64,000 nucleotides of DNA from an uncultured delta proteobacterium (GTDB lineage Bacteria; Desulfobacterota; Binatia; UBA9968): NCBI GenBank assembly GCA_963727625.1, contig CAVSHR010000011.1, forward strand, positions 1 through 64,000, given 5' to 3'. Of this stretch, positions 9,710-20,049 are shown piece by piece (the stretch's first letter is position 1; every line of letters starts with the position of its first letter). A program made the position numbers and the translations under genes. The notes beneath the pieces were generated by a model that worked only from the letters and a program-made list of their open reading frames with translations, ran no database searches and was not told the origin of the DNA.

Positions 9710-10720
9710 TCAATCGCCGGCGACGATCTTGTTCGACAGCGCGCCGATCTTTGACGACGAGACTTCCACCGTGTCGCCGATCTTGAGAAATAAATCCAAG
9801 GGTCGCTTGCCGTCGGGGCCGCGCCGTGATTTGTCGGCGGCGGTGCCGGCCGAGGTGCCGCCGGCGATCACGTCGCCGGGAACGAAGGTGAAGTCCCGCG
9901 AGAGATATTCCAGCACCTCGCCGAACGACCAGATCATTTCCTGGGTATTGTAGCTTTGCCGGACCACGCCGTTGACACGGGTCTCGGCGTCGACGTTTTG
10001 CTGATCCAGCTCGCCGCCGACGATGCACGGCCCCATGGACACCGCGCCGTCAAAATTTTTCTGCAAGTTATAGCTCACCACTCGGTCCGTGCCGCCGGCG
10101 TCGCGAATGCTCCAGTCATGAAACAGCGTGACGCCCCAGACATAGTCGCGAATTCTAGCGGCGGGAATGTTCTTGCCGCGCTTGCCGATGATGATCGCGA
10201 CTTCGCCTTCATAGTCGAAGTAGGTGACCCGTTTGGGGAAGGGGATCGTGTCGTTCGGCCCGGCGACTTCGGCGGGCACTTTCCAAAAGCCCCACTGGCC
10301 GGCCTTCCTGGCTTCTTGGGTGATTTGCTCGATCGAAACGTCGGTTTTGCCGAGACGGTTCGCCCACATGCCGGCGAGATGAGCCGCATAGTTGCCGCCG
10401 ACGCAGGCGATGCGCCGCTCCGGCCAGGGCGCATGGAGTTTTACCCCCGAGGCGCTGTGAATTACCCGCGGTTCGCCGCGATCATCTTGCGCCGCAATCT
10501 TGCCAAAGTGGTCGATCACCCGCCGGGCTTCTTGCAGCGCGCCATCGCCGGCTTCAATGAACGACAGAAGCCGGGATGGAACATGTTTTGCCGCGTGTTC
10601 TTCCGGTTTTGCCTTGTCCTGCTCTCGAAAGATGCGCAGCAAACCGTAATTGAGATCAATAATATTTTCGCCGATCAGAGCCCCAACGCGCCGGTCCGGA
10701 CCGAACACGACAATTTTCAT
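9710..10720 (-). CDS. Fumarylacetoacetate hydrolase family protein
   Basis: CVGGNYAAH, DYEGEVAIIIGK, HDWSIRD, QKNFD, PGDVIAGGTSAG. Confidence 0.92.
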   Translation of the reverse strand: MKIVVFGPDRRVGALIGENIIDLNYGLLRIFREQDKAKPEEHAAKHVPSRLLSFIEAGDGALQEARRVIDHFGKIAAQDDRGEPRVIHSASGVKLHAPWPERRIACVGGNYAAHLAGMWANRLGKTDVSIEQITQEARKAGQWGFWKVPAEVAGPNDTIPFPKRVTYFDYEGEVAIIIGKRGKNIPAARIRDYVWGVTLFHDWSIRDAGGTDRVVSYNLQKNFDGAVSMGPCIVGGELDQQNVDAETRVNGVVRQSYNTQEMIWSFGEVLEYLSRDFTFVPGDVIAGGTSAGTAADKSRRGPDGKRPLDLFLKIGDTVEVSSSKIGALSNKIVAGD

Positions 10721-10908
10721 CGACTCCCTCCAATTATTTCTCGTGAGACATGGCGTACCATCGCCGTGACCATGCGGTCAAGCCTCACATCGACGCGACT
10801 GGGTTGACTTGGCGTACCTGTTAAGGGCCGGAGCGACGATCAGAGTTGCGGTCGGTTTCCTTATGCTCCCCCTCCGGAAATAATTTTGCTGCCCGGTTTG
10901 GAGCTAAA

Positions 10909-12036
10909 CTATTTAACCCGATATTCCTTTACGGTGTCTTCATTGAGCTCCAAGCCTAGTCCGGGCTTTTCCGTCAAGGTGATCCAGCCATTGACCGGTC
11001 CCGGCAGGTCTTTGTAGACAGTGTTCGCGGTCAGCCAGTTGTTGACGTGAATTTCGGCGCGCCAGCCATTCGGCACCGCGGCGTGCAAGTGGACGTCGAA
11101 GTGATCGCCGTTGCCTACAGGAAGATTGAAGGCATGCGCCAATCCCGCCGTCTTCATCCCCATGGTAAACCCGCCCACCGAAAGCACGTGGATGTTTAAA
11201 AAATCCACGGCGTCCTGCTTGACCAGGTCCGCCAGCTTGAAAAAATTTTCCCATTGGCCGGCGGCGATGGGGATGCTGGTTTGCTTGCGCAACTGGGCCA
11301 GCAGATGGGGATCGTTGTGCACGATGGGCTCCTCGAACCACATGAGATTGTAGGGCTCGAAGCGCTTGCACCAGCGCACCGCGGCGTCGAGTTTCATCAA
11401 ACAATTGGCGTCGGCCATCAGTTCGACGTTGTCGCCGACGGCTTCGCGCACGGCGCGGATGCGCGCTTCGTCTTCGGCCGGATTGTCTTCGCGGTGCTCG
11501 CCGCTGGCGCCCGAGGGATCCATGGCGCCGCGAATATTCGCTCTCCCGACCTGGATCTTCAGCCGGCTCTGGCCTCCGGCAACCCAGTGCTTCGCCGCCT
11601 CCGCCAGTTCATCTCGGCTATAGGCTCTTAATCCGAACGTGATGTAGGCCGGCAGCGACTTCTGCGCCCCGCCGAGCAGGCGCCAGACCGGCGCATTGTA
11701 AAATTTGCCTTTGATGTCCCAGAGCGCGACGTCGACGGCGCTGGCGGCGAAGTTCCACACGCCGGCATGGGCGCGGGTGTTGAACTTCCAGAGCATCTGG
11801 TGCATCAACCGCTCGTTCTCCAGCGGGTCCTGGCCTTTCAAAAGCGGCAGCAGGTCCTGCTGAATAAAGGCGGCGGTGGCCGAATGCATGAAGCCGCCGA
11901 ATTGAGAGATGCCGACGATGCCGTCGTCGGTCTTGACTTTCAACAAGCGCACGGTCGTGCGCAGCGGTTGTTTGAAAAGCGGCGGCGTGACCGGGATATT
12001 TTTTAATTCAATAATTTCCATGTCGGCAATCTTCAT
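10909..12036 (-). CDS. Mandelate racemase/muconate lactonizing enzyme family protein
   Basis: SAVDVALWDIKGK, PVWRLLGG, LMADAN, WFEEP, PGLGLEL. Confidence 0.92.
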   Translation of the reverse strand: MKIADMEIIELKNIPVTPPLFKQPLRTTVRLLKVKTDDGIVGISQFGGFMHSATAAFIQQDLLPLLKGQDPLENERLMHQMLWKFNTRAHAGVWNFAASAVDVALWDIKGKFYNAPVWRLLGGAQKSLPAYITFGLRAYSRDELAEAAKHWVAGGQSRLKIQVGRANIRGAMDPSGASGEHREDNPAEDEARIRAVREAVGDNVELMADANCLMKLDAAVRWCKRFEPYNLMWFEEPIVHNDPHLLAQLRKQTSIPIAAGQWENFFKLADLVKQDAVDFLNIHVLSVGGFTMGMKTAGLAHAFNLPVGNGDHFDVHLHAAVPNGWRAEIHVNNWLTANTVYKDLPGPVNGWITLTEKPGLGLELNEDTVKEYRVK

Positions 12037-12268
12037 AGGGTCTCCTTTGCTGTCTCAACGGCTCCAGGGCGTTGTTTGGGTTGGAGCCCGCGTCATTTTT
12101 CGGGCCATTTACACCGAGGCACGCAGCCCGGCTACTTATCTGAAAGTTGGCGCGCCAGCAAGAAAAAATCGTTTATAGACGGGGCGAAAGAAATGACATC
12201 CATGACCGCAACCAAGCCGAGGCACACTTTGACGAAGCGCGGACTGCTTGTTTATCGGTTCTCTAGCG

Positions 12269-13021
12269 CTATCTTGCAGACTCGGCCTTTGGCTCCGATG
12301 AAACCCGCCGAAAGTTCGTTATGGTCGCTTTCAACGGCAGGTGATCAGAGGCGACTCGAGTCAGAGCTGTGCGAAAACAGCAGAGCTCGGTCAGTGCTGC
12401 GGGCGGGGATACCCAAATGCGATCCAGCGCGAATAGGGGAAAACGCGACGGAAAAGTCCGCACCAGCGGGGTTTTCCCCAAGTGCGCGTGGAGCCGGCGC
12501 AAGGAACGGCGGGTCGGCAGCCATTCGTTGAAGTCGCTCAGAACGATGACATTGCGTGTGTGCCTTTTCGACAGGGCGTTCAATAGCTTTCGGACCTGAA
12601 AGTGGCGCTCGGCGGGACGAAGTCCGAGATGGGTGACGATCACGCGCACGCTCTCGCTGTCAATCTCGAGATCGGCGTCAATCGCGCCGCGCGGTTCGCG
12701 CTTGATATAGCTCAAATCAAGTTTGCGAACCTCCAGAACTTTGCAACTCGTTAACAATACGTTGCCATAGTGTCCATTGCGTCGCTCCACGACCGGGCCG
12801 GGGACGGCTTGCAAGCCCGTTGCCGCCGCCAGATAGTTCATCTGGTGGAGTTGGTCGGCGCCGCTGGAATCAGAATGCACTTCCTGGAGGCCGACAATCT
12901 GCGCGCCGCTTTCTTTGATGACCCGAGCGATCCGGGTTGGATCGCGGCGCCTGTCCAACCCCACGCATTCGTGGATATTGTAGGAAAGCGCGGTGAGTAG
13001 GGGCATGCGCGAATGCGGCAT
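12269..13021 (-). CDS. Endonuclease/exonuclease/phosphatase family protein (YbhP-like)
   Basis: SYNIH, VGLQEV, YGNVLL, THLGL, SDFNEW, LDRIWV, ASDHLP; start at 13021 abuts the upstream PLD stop. Confidence 0.9.
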   Translation of the reverse strand: MPHSRMPLLTALSYNIHECVGLDRRRDPTRIARVIKESGAQIVGLQEVHSDSSGADQLHQMNYLAAATGLQAVPGPVVERRNGHYGNVLLTSCKVLEVRKLDLSYIKREPRGAIDADLEIDSESVRVIVTHLGLRPAERHFQVRKLLNALSKRHTRNVIVLSDFNEWLPTRRSLRRLHAHLGKTPLVRTFPSRFPLFALDRIWVSPPAALTELCCFRTALTRVASDHLPLKATITNFRRVSSEPKAESAR

Positions 13022-13022
13022 T

Positions 13023-15182
13023 TCAGTTGGACTCCGCGTCTCTACCGGCCTGCGGCGCGGGAGATTTTGCCGCACTGTGCTTGCTGGCAGACCAGCGGCG
13101 AAAACCGAAGATACCCAGAAGCATCAACGCCAAGGTTCCGACGAGAAAGGCGAGCGTCGTCGCGCTCGGACTGTCAATCATTTGCTCCAGCTGGCCTTCG
13201 AACACCGTGATGCCAAAGACGCCGGGACTCATTCCCAGAAAGGTCCCCAAGACGAAGTCTCGAAACGGAACCCGAACCGCGCCGGCCGCCAGGTTGACGA
13301 GGGAATAGGGCGCCACCGGAAGCATTCGCATGGCCGCAACCGCAAGCACACCGTGCCGGGAGATTAAGCGATTGACGCGATTCAGGCGGCGCCCGGCGAA
13401 TCGGGTTATGTTTTTCCGTCCTAATTGATGCCCGATGGCGTAGAGAAAGATGGCGCTGGCGAGGCAACCCAGCAGGGAATAACCGATCGCCGGCCAAGGA
13501 TCGAAGGTATAGGCGATCGCCAGAATCAGTATGGTGACGGGAAAACAAATGACGCCCGCCAACAAATAGGCGCCGACAACCCACAGCGGCGCGAAATCGA
13601 CGCCGCGCAGCGAAATCGCCCACGCCGCGATGGTGTCTAGGTCAAGCCAACTGCCCAGAGCGGTCCAGCGCCAGGCCGCGGCCAATGTCCCTAACGTCAC
13701 AATAATGAGCACGCCACGCAGCAGCGCGCCGCTGCCGGAGCCGTTTTCCTCGGAGCGGACGAATTCGTCGACCAGTTTTTCGGGAGCAAGGGAAGTCTCA
13801 GGATCGATGATGGCGGATTCCGGGACCATCTGATCCAACCACGGCGGCACCGAGCAGTCTACATCCGCCAGGGTGCGTCCGTCGTTCTTGCGAAGCGACC
13901 CTATCGCGCCGATCAACGATCCCGTTCGCGCCATAAGCGCGGCGACCTGAGCGGGTATCGTGCCAAGATGCTCGGCAACGAGGGAGTTTCTGAACTGAGC
14001 AATCGCGCGCTCGATGCTCTCTTGACCGTGAGATTCCAATGCCAAATCGCATTCCGTGTCAAAACCCATGGAGCGATTGCTGACGTTGGCTGAGCCGACG
14101 AGCGCAAAGCGATCGTCGATCACCAGTAATTTCGCATGGACCGACATGACATCTTTGGGCGCGCCCGGAATAACCGGGCCATAAAGGCGCAGCCGATGGT
14201 GCCGGTCCGCCTCGGAAAGACGCTTGACCCGGCGCGCGCGCAAAACGTCCATCGTGGCGGTCTCGAGCCAGCCGTGGCTAGCCTGGGGAAGGACGATGAC
14301 AACTTCGGGTCCGTCCGTTTCGCGCAAACGTTTCTCTAAGGCGTCGCCCAGCACGGCCGAGCTCAAGTATTGATTCTCGATGTAGATCCAGCGGCGCGCT
14401 GCTGCGATCGCATCGCAAAATAGAACTTCGATCTCGCGCACCTCTTTGTTTGAGGCATAGGGGGGCGTGGTTCGCGCGATAGAGACCGCGACATCGGTAA
14501 TGTCGGGCCTGCGGGCGGCGGGCCAGCAATCGTTCTGATTTGCCGGGGCGCGGAGACGGCGGCCGGTGGCACGCCGCCAGCGCTCGCGCGCGAGTTCTCC
14601 CAAGGCTGCCGCGACCTCGCCTTCTACCATGATTTGAACATCATGATGCGGCGGCAGAAAGGTACCGTTGAAGTCTGTGCGCCGGGGGTCTTGCGGCCGA
14701 TGCTCTGGAGTATCATAGCGGCCTTTGGTCAAATCGTTGCCGCCGACAAACGCCACCGAATCGTCGATCACGACTATTTTCTCGTGATGCGAGGCGCCCA
14801 CCGGATGAATGCCATCCATGTGAAAATGGACACGTGGATGGCGGCGCCAAGCCGGACCGAAAAACGGGATCGTTTCGCGATCGAGCGCGAAAATCATCGC
14901 GAAATCCCACACCAGCAGGTTAACGTGGAGGCTGCGTGTTTGCGCGGCCAAGGAGTTGAGAAATTTTCCCAGGCTCGGCAGCGGGCTGCTGCCGTCGTTC
15001 TCGTATTTCAATCGCACGCGGCTGTCGAAATCCCATCCCAGGATAAGAATAGACTCGCGCGCTTGAGACATGGCGTCGGCCAGGGCTGAGAAATAGGCCG
15101 CGCCGTCGATCAAAAATTTTACGCGTGAGGCGTTGGCAATTCTCCAACAATTGTGAGGCTCGCGCAGGATGTGTTCCGACAT
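13023..15182 (-). CDS. Phospholipase D-like protein fused to C-terminal VTT/DedA (SNARE-associated) membrane domain
   Basis: Two HxKxxxxD motifs (HEKIVVID, HAKLLVID), YIENQY; C-terminal MRMLPVAPYSLVNLAAG...FVLGTFLGMSPG. Confidence 0.92.
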   Translation of the reverse strand: MSEHILREPHNCWRIANASRVKFLIDGAAYFSALADAMSQARESILILGWDFDSRVRLKYENDGSSPLPSLGKFLNSLAAQTRSLHVNLLVWDFAMIFALDRETIPFFGPAWRRHPRVHFHMDGIHPVGASHHEKIVVIDDSVAFVGGNDLTKGRYDTPEHRPQDPRRTDFNGTFLPPHHDVQIMVEGEVAAALGELARERWRRATGRRLRAPANQNDCWPAARRPDITDVAVSIARTTPPYASNKEVREIEVLFCDAIAAARRWIYIENQYLSSAVLGDALEKRLRETDGPEVVIVLPQASHGWLETATMDVLRARRVKRLSEADRHHRLRLYGPVIPGAPKDVMSVHAKLLVIDDRFALVGSANVSNRSMGFDTECDLALESHGQESIERAIAQFRNSLVAEHLGTIPAQVAALMARTGSLIGAIGSLRKNDGRTLADVDCSVPPWLDQMVPESAIIDPETSLAPEKLVDEFVRSEENGSGSGALLRGVLIIVTLGTLAAAWRWTALGSWLDLDTIAAWAISLRGVDFAPLWVVGAYLLAGVICFPVTILILAIAYTFDPWPAIGYSLLGCLASAIFLYAIGHQLGRKNITRFAGRRLNRVNRLISRHGVLAVAAMRMLPVAPYSLVNLAAGAVRVPFRDFVLGTFLGMSPGVFGITVFEGQLEQMIDSPSATTLAFLVGTLALMLLGIFGFRRWSASKHSAAKSPAPQAGRDAESN

Positions 15183-15483
15183 TGAAGCTAAATTCTATCA
15201 GAGTGAGATTGCAGTGCCAGACGATCGCAGAGATTATGGGCGGGATCGAGCAAGGAACCGGTTTTACAGGGCTGCTGCTGTTGGTAGCTCGATTATTTCA
15301 ATACCGGCAATATTTTCATCGGTCGCATCCGAAAGGCCGCGGATGCGGCTTCCGCCGGCATAGGCTCTGTCGCCATCGCCGGGCGGTTACCGCTTGAAAA
15401 TTATCGCGGGCCGATTTGTCAAGAATCCAAAGGACGCCGATTCGGTGTAGCGCTGCAATGAATGAAGGAAGGATATTTTCGGG

Positions 15484-16716
15484 CTACGGAGTTGCCGGGC
15501 GCATGCGGCCGATGCTGAACAGGACGATGACCGCGGCGACGCCGCAGATCGCAGCGGACACTTCAAAGGTGTGTTGAATGCCGATCAGGGAGGCAAAACC
15601 ACCGAGAATCAGCCCGCCGATGGACCAGAGGCCGCGGTCCATAAAGAAAAAACTCAACACGCGCCCGAGCAGGTGCGGCGGCGTGTTGGCTTGCAGCGCG
15701 GTGTTGACCGAAGCGCGAAAGGCGATGAAGCAAAAGCCGACCGCGAGCAAAAGCAAGAGCGAGAGAAGGAAAAATGGCGACACGGCGAAAAGACCGAGAA
15801 ACAGCGCGTAGCCTAGAACCAAAGCGCCGACCCAAAACAAATTCGGACTGGCCTGGCCCACCGAGGCAAGCCACAATCCGGCGATCGTTGCGCCGATGCC
15901 CGGGGCGGACATCAACAGGCCGAAACCGCCGGCCCCGACGTGCAGCACGTTGGTCGCGAATACCGGCACGAAGGTAACGTAGGGCGCGCCGACCAAAGCG
16001 ACGACATAGGACAGCGCGATGATCGAAAACATCTGCGAATTGCTTCTGAGATAGCGAAATCCTTCCTTGACTTCACGCCAAAGCCCGCCCGTGCTGGGAG
16101 CGGGGTTCCACGGCGGAAGCTCCATCAGTAAAAGCGTCGCGATCAAGCCGAGAAAACTAAGCGCGTTGACAAAGAAGCAGCCGGCGACGCCCGCCAGCGC
16201 GATCACCAAGCCGCCGATGGAGGGGCCGATGATGCGCGATAGATTGAACACCGAGGCGTGCAGCGCGATGGCGTTGGACAAGTCCTCTTTGGGAACCAAG
16301 CCGTTTACCAAAGACTGGCGCGCGGTCTGATTCACCGTGTTCACGATGCCCAGGAAGCAGGCGAGAATCAAAATCTGCCAGTAGACGATTAAATCGAAAT
16401 AGACCGCGAACCAGTAGACAAACGCCTGTGCCATGCCCAACGTCTGGGTGATGATCAACAGACGACGGCGATCGAGGCGATCGGTGAGCGCGCCGCCGAG
16501 GGCGCCCAAAAAAAGCCGGGGAATGCTGTCGAAAAAACCGACCAGGCCGAGAAGAAGCGCCGAACGGGTCAGGTGCCAGACCAGCCACGCCTGCGCGACG
16601 TTTTGCATGAAGTCGCCGGCGTTGGACAGTAGCGCGCCGATCAGCAGCAGCCGGAAATTGCGATGACGCAAGGATTTGAGGGTTTGGAGGCGAGATGGAT
16701 TAAACATCACCGGCAA
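15484..16716 (-). CDS. MFS transporter (DUF894/MFS_3-like)
   Basis: SLRHRNFRLL, GALTDRLDRRRLL, FNLSRIIGPSIGG, LGRVLS; about 12 hydrophobic segments. Confidence 0.92.
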   Translation of the reverse strand: MPVMFNPSRLQTLKSLRHRNFRLLLIGALLSNAGDFMQNVAQAWLVWHLTRSALLLGLVGFFDSIPRLFLGALGGALTDRLDRRRLLIITQTLGMAQAFVYWFAVYFDLIVYWQILILACFLGIVNTVNQTARQSLVNGLVPKEDLSNAIALHASVFNLSRIIGPSIGGLVIALAGVAGCFFVNALSFLGLIATLLLMELPPWNPAPSTGGLWREVKEGFRYLRSNSQMFSIIALSYVVALVGAPYVTFVPVFATNVLHVGAGGFGLLMSAPGIGATIAGLWLASVGQASPNLFWVGALVLGYALFLGLFAVSPFFLLSLLLLLAVGFCFIAFRASVNTALQANTPPHLLGRVLSFFFMDRGLWSIGGLILGGFASLIGIQHTFEVSAAICGVAAVIVLFSIGRMRPATP

Positions 16717-16886
16717 TTAGAATGCTAAGCGCGTTTCATTGATACGTGATTTCCCCGGCGATGCAAATGCGCCGGGTACGCGAGTGCGGGATTAAGCCGG
16801 TTGCGATCGGCCGATGGCCCGCGAGCGCATCTTCGGTCCGAAGGGCCATCGGGGTCAGCTTGTCAGCGACCGAGGAGATGGCCTGA

Positions 16887-18305
16887 TTATTTGAGCGGGA
16901 GAATTCGAAACCCCTTGGGGGCGGCTTCCGATGGCAGATGATCCGCCGGCATCGCCGGCTGGTTGCCGTCCCGCAGCGCGGAAAAGCGCGGCGACATGAT
17001 TTCGATACCGGCTTCGTTGAAACGATCTTGGATGTTTTCATGGAGCTCGGAGAGGATTTCCAAGGACCGGCCGGGCTCCTTGGTATAGACGTTCAACTCG
17101 TAGCCGATCGAAAAATCGTCCAGACTGGTTTGTCGCACGAAGGGCGGCGGCTCCGCCGTCACGAAGCGGGTCGCTCTGCCGGCGCCGATGAGCAATTCAT
17201 GAACCTGTCGCCAAGGGGCGTCGTAACCGATCGTGACTTTGGTATGGAGGACCAAACCGGGGTCTTGAGCCATCGCGCTAAAATTGATTATCTGGCCAGC
17301 TAACACCAAAGCGTTGGGGATGGTTATCTCGACGTTCTTGATCGTGCGCAATCGGGTGATCAATAGAGTCTTTTCAGTAACGTCGCCCACGGCATCGGCG
17401 ATCTGGACCCGATCGCCGATTCTAAAAGGTCGCATGTAAGTCAACGCCGTGCCGGCGACGATATTCGCGACCGCGGCGGTGGAGCCCAACGACAGCAACA
17501 CTCCGAGAAAGATCGAAATGCCCTGAAACGCTGGACTGCCGAAGCCGGGGAGATAGGGCGAGATCAGGACAACAGCGAACATGATAACGATAAAGCTCAA
17601 TAGCTTGAATGTCGGATCTGCCCAATCCGCATGAAAGCCGGGAAAGATAATCGCTCCTCGTTTGATCTCCGTGCCGACGGCGCGCAAGAAGCGCAGTAGA
17701 TATCGGGTCGCCACCAGGATGACAATGATTGAAAAAAGGTTCGGTAGAAAAGCGACAAAGCCCCAAAATAGCCGATACACCGGCGCCATCAGGTAGGGCT
17801 TCAAATACGCCACCCAATCCCGGGTCCAGGGAAACAAGCTAAGGACGACCGGAACCGTGACATATAAGGTAATAATCAAGGCGGCGATCCTGACCAGTTT
17901 GACCAATCCCTTGAGCACCTCGGTGATGCGATCCGCCGATAGGACTTCATAGGATTGAATTTTCAGCGCCGGGATGCGCGTGCCGCGCCAGCTGTCGAGC
18001 CTTTTGCAGGTGCTGTCCAATAAACGTTTGGTCGCGTAAAAAACGTAGAATAACGCGACGATCGCCAGCAGAGCAACGAGCGCGCCGTAGGCGATCTCGC
18101 GGTGCTCGGGATCGTCTAGGATTAACCTGAATATCGATTTAACGCGCTCAAAAATCGTCGTCAGGACAGGTGCTGACGAACTGCCGGACTGGGCAAAGAC
18201 AATGGCCGGATTGCCGATCAGGATGGCGAGCAAAAATAGATGCCAGCACGAGGATCGGCGGCCTGATCTTCGCGTCGCTGGCGTCGAGTCAAATTTAGTT
18301 AACAT
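16887..18305 (-). CDS. Small-conductance mechanosensitive channel (MscS family)
   Basis: ANIVAG...YMRPFRIGDRVQI, TIPNA, IGYDAPWRQVHELL, FNEAGIEIMSP. Confidence 0.92.
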   Translation of the reverse strand: MLTKFDSTPATRRSGRRSSCWHLFLLAILIGNPAIVFAQSGSSSAPVLTTIFERVKSIFRLILDDPEHREIAYGALVALLAIVALFYVFYATKRLLDSTCKRLDSWRGTRIPALKIQSYEVLSADRITEVLKGLVKLVRIAALIITLYVTVPVVLSLFPWTRDWVAYLKPYLMAPVYRLFWGFVAFLPNLFSIIVILVATRYLLRFLRAVGTEIKRGAIIFPGFHADWADPTFKLLSFIVIMFAVVLISPYLPGFGSPAFQGISIFLGVLLSLGSTAAVANIVAGTALTYMRPFRIGDRVQIADAVGDVTEKTLLITRLRTIKNVEITIPNALVLAGQIINFSAMAQDPGLVLHTKVTIGYDAPWRQVHELLIGAGRATRFVTAEPPPFVRQTSLDDFSIGYELNVYTKEPGRSLEILSELHENIQDRFNEAGIEIMSPRFSALRDGNQPAMPADHLPSEAAPKGFRILPLK

Positions 18306-18340
18306 TTGCTTGTCAGTTCGATTTTCTTAGCGTCGAGGGT

Positions 18341-18370
18341 TTTATAAACCAGCAACCGACAAAACGTCAA
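18341..18370 (-). promoter_or_regulatory. Putative sigma70 promoter for the MscS gene
   Basis: Minus strand TTGACG-N18-TATAAA, 35 nt upstream of ATG. Confidence 0.5.
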
Positions 18371-18495
18371 TGTCTTCATTCGTCCCGATGGGTTATTTGC
18401 AACGATCGCGCAGCACACTATTTGCGCAACCCGCGCGCGAACATGTCGGCGGTGCGTCCGCAATTGGACTCAGGGACCGCTCACTCGAAACCCCA

Positions 18496-18523
18496 TTGAC
18501 TCAAGCCGGATTGACGGTACGAT
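18496..18523 (+). promoter_or_regulatory. Putative sigma70 promoter for the solute-binding protein gene
   Basis: TTGACT-N16-TACGAT, about 130 nt upstream of ATG 18655. Confidence 0.45.
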
Positions 18524-18654
18524 AAACGAAGTCGTTCAGATGACAAGTCCGCTCCGGTTTTTGCAAACGAATATTTATTTATTGCAGGGGCAAGGAATGC
18601 CGCTAAGCCGCCGGCACGACCTATTTACTCAACACCCAGAAGGAGGAAACTAAA

Positions 18655-19656
18655 ATGCTCTCTCAACGATGTGCGATCCGGTCGATCCGAATTTTATCGT
18701 GCCTGGTGGCGCTGGCGATGGTGTTGGGGCCGGAAGCGTGGGGTCAGTCCGGGCTCAAGAAAGTTCGCGTTGCGTTGCCGTCGACAAACGTTACCTTCGC
18801 GCCGATCTTCGCCGCGAAGCGAAAAGGGTTTTACAAAGACGAAGGGCTCGACGTGGAAATCATCATGATGCGGGCGAATCTGGCGAGCTCGGCCTTGATG
18901 ACCGGCGACATCGATTTCAACGGGGCAGTCACCGGTGTGATTGGCGGCGCGGTCAAGGGACAGCCATTGAAGGCGGTTTTCTTCGCTTCGTCGTCACCGA
19001 TGATGAGCATGATCGGCAGCAAGAGCATGACCAAGCCGGAGCAGGTTCGCGGCAAGCGGATCGCGACCAGCTCTCCCGGCGGGACCGCCACCTTGGTCGT
19101 TCACGCGATTCTCAAGAAGTGGGGACTCGACCCGGCACGAGACGCATCAATAGTTTTCGTGGGTCGGGACCCGGCGCGTTTTGCCGCCCTCGATTCGGGT
19201 GTGGTGGACGTGGCCATGTTGTCGGTCCCCAACAATATCAGAGCCCAGCAGCAGGGCTATCCGGAGTTGGCTTTTGCCGGCGATTTTGTTCGCTTTCCAC
19301 AGAACGGTTTTGGCGTAACCGAAAAGAAGATTAAGGAAAACCCTGACCAAATTTATCACTTAATTCGTGGAACGATGCGGGGCTTGTCGTTCGTCACCGA
19401 CAAGGGCAATAAGAACGCAACCATCGAATTGATCATGAAGGAGTGGAAAGTCTCCGACCGCAAGCTCGCGGCCGAGATGTACCGGTATATGACCCCCGTG
19501 ATGTCGCCGAATGCCGGCGTGAGCCTGGATGGGTTGCAGATCCTTGTCGACCAGCAGCGGGAAAATTCACACGTGACAAAACCAATCAAGGCCGCCGACA
19601 CGCTCGACTATAGCTTTGTCGAACGAGCTCGCAAGAGTCTCGGCATGGCCAATTAA
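18655..19656 (+). CDS. ABC-type substrate-binding protein (NMT1/SsuA/THI5-like)
   Basis: Signal peptide; KGFYKDEGLDVEII, RGKRIATSSPG, AALDSGVVD; RBS AAGGAGG. Confidence 0.9.
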   Translation: MLSQRCAIRSIRILSCLVALAMVLGPEAWGQSGLKKVRVALPSTNVTFAPIFAAKRKGFYKDEGLDVEIIMMRANLASSALMTGDIDFNGAVTGVIGGAVKGQPLKAVFFASSSPMMSMIGSKSMTKPEQVRGKRIATSSPGGTATLVVHAILKKWGLDPARDASIVFVGRDPARFAALDSGVVDVAMLSVPNNIRAQQQGYPELAFAGDFVRFPQNGFGVTEKKIKENPDQIYHLIRGTMRGLSFVTDKGNKNATIELIMKEWKVSDRKLAAEMYRYMTPVMSPNAGVSLDGLQILVDQQRENSHVTKPIKAADTLDYSFVERARKSLGMAN

Positions 19657-20049
19657 GCGAGACATCCATCCTTTGGGTTTTGATTATTACGGTGCAACGG
19701 GTTGCGGTGCCGGTGTACTGCCGAAGGCGTTCGCTGCGCTTATGATCGCGCGGTCTTAACTCAGAGAGTGAGACTCTTCGGCGCTCGCCGGTCCATTAAA
19801 TTAGCAATGTGCTGACGCCGACACGGGGAAATTGCTCGGGTCGCCGATCGGCCGGTATTCGCCGTCAGCAACTCCTTTGTACGGCCCCCTCGTTGACAAG
19901 TTTGTGCCGCATCGGATATTTCAACAGGGAAGCGCAGCCGTCTCGATCGATCCGTCGTGCTGATCGTGCGCCGGCCCGGCCAGCGCGGCGTGCAATTCGG
20001 GAGCGAAGGCAGCGTTTTATTTAATCAGAGGAGGGTTCCAACCGTGGTC

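Noticed and set aside
9418-9754. ORFs of 79-96 aa in the FAH-ACAD gap
   Set aside because: They translate the nested repeat element (FATLRLGE-type periodic peptides); no RBS or family motifs
12269-15182. PLD plus nuclease-fold pair as an anti-phage system
   Set aside because: PLD-VTT with a YbhP-like EEP protein matches the known clsB/ybhP-type lipid-related arrangement; no defence context
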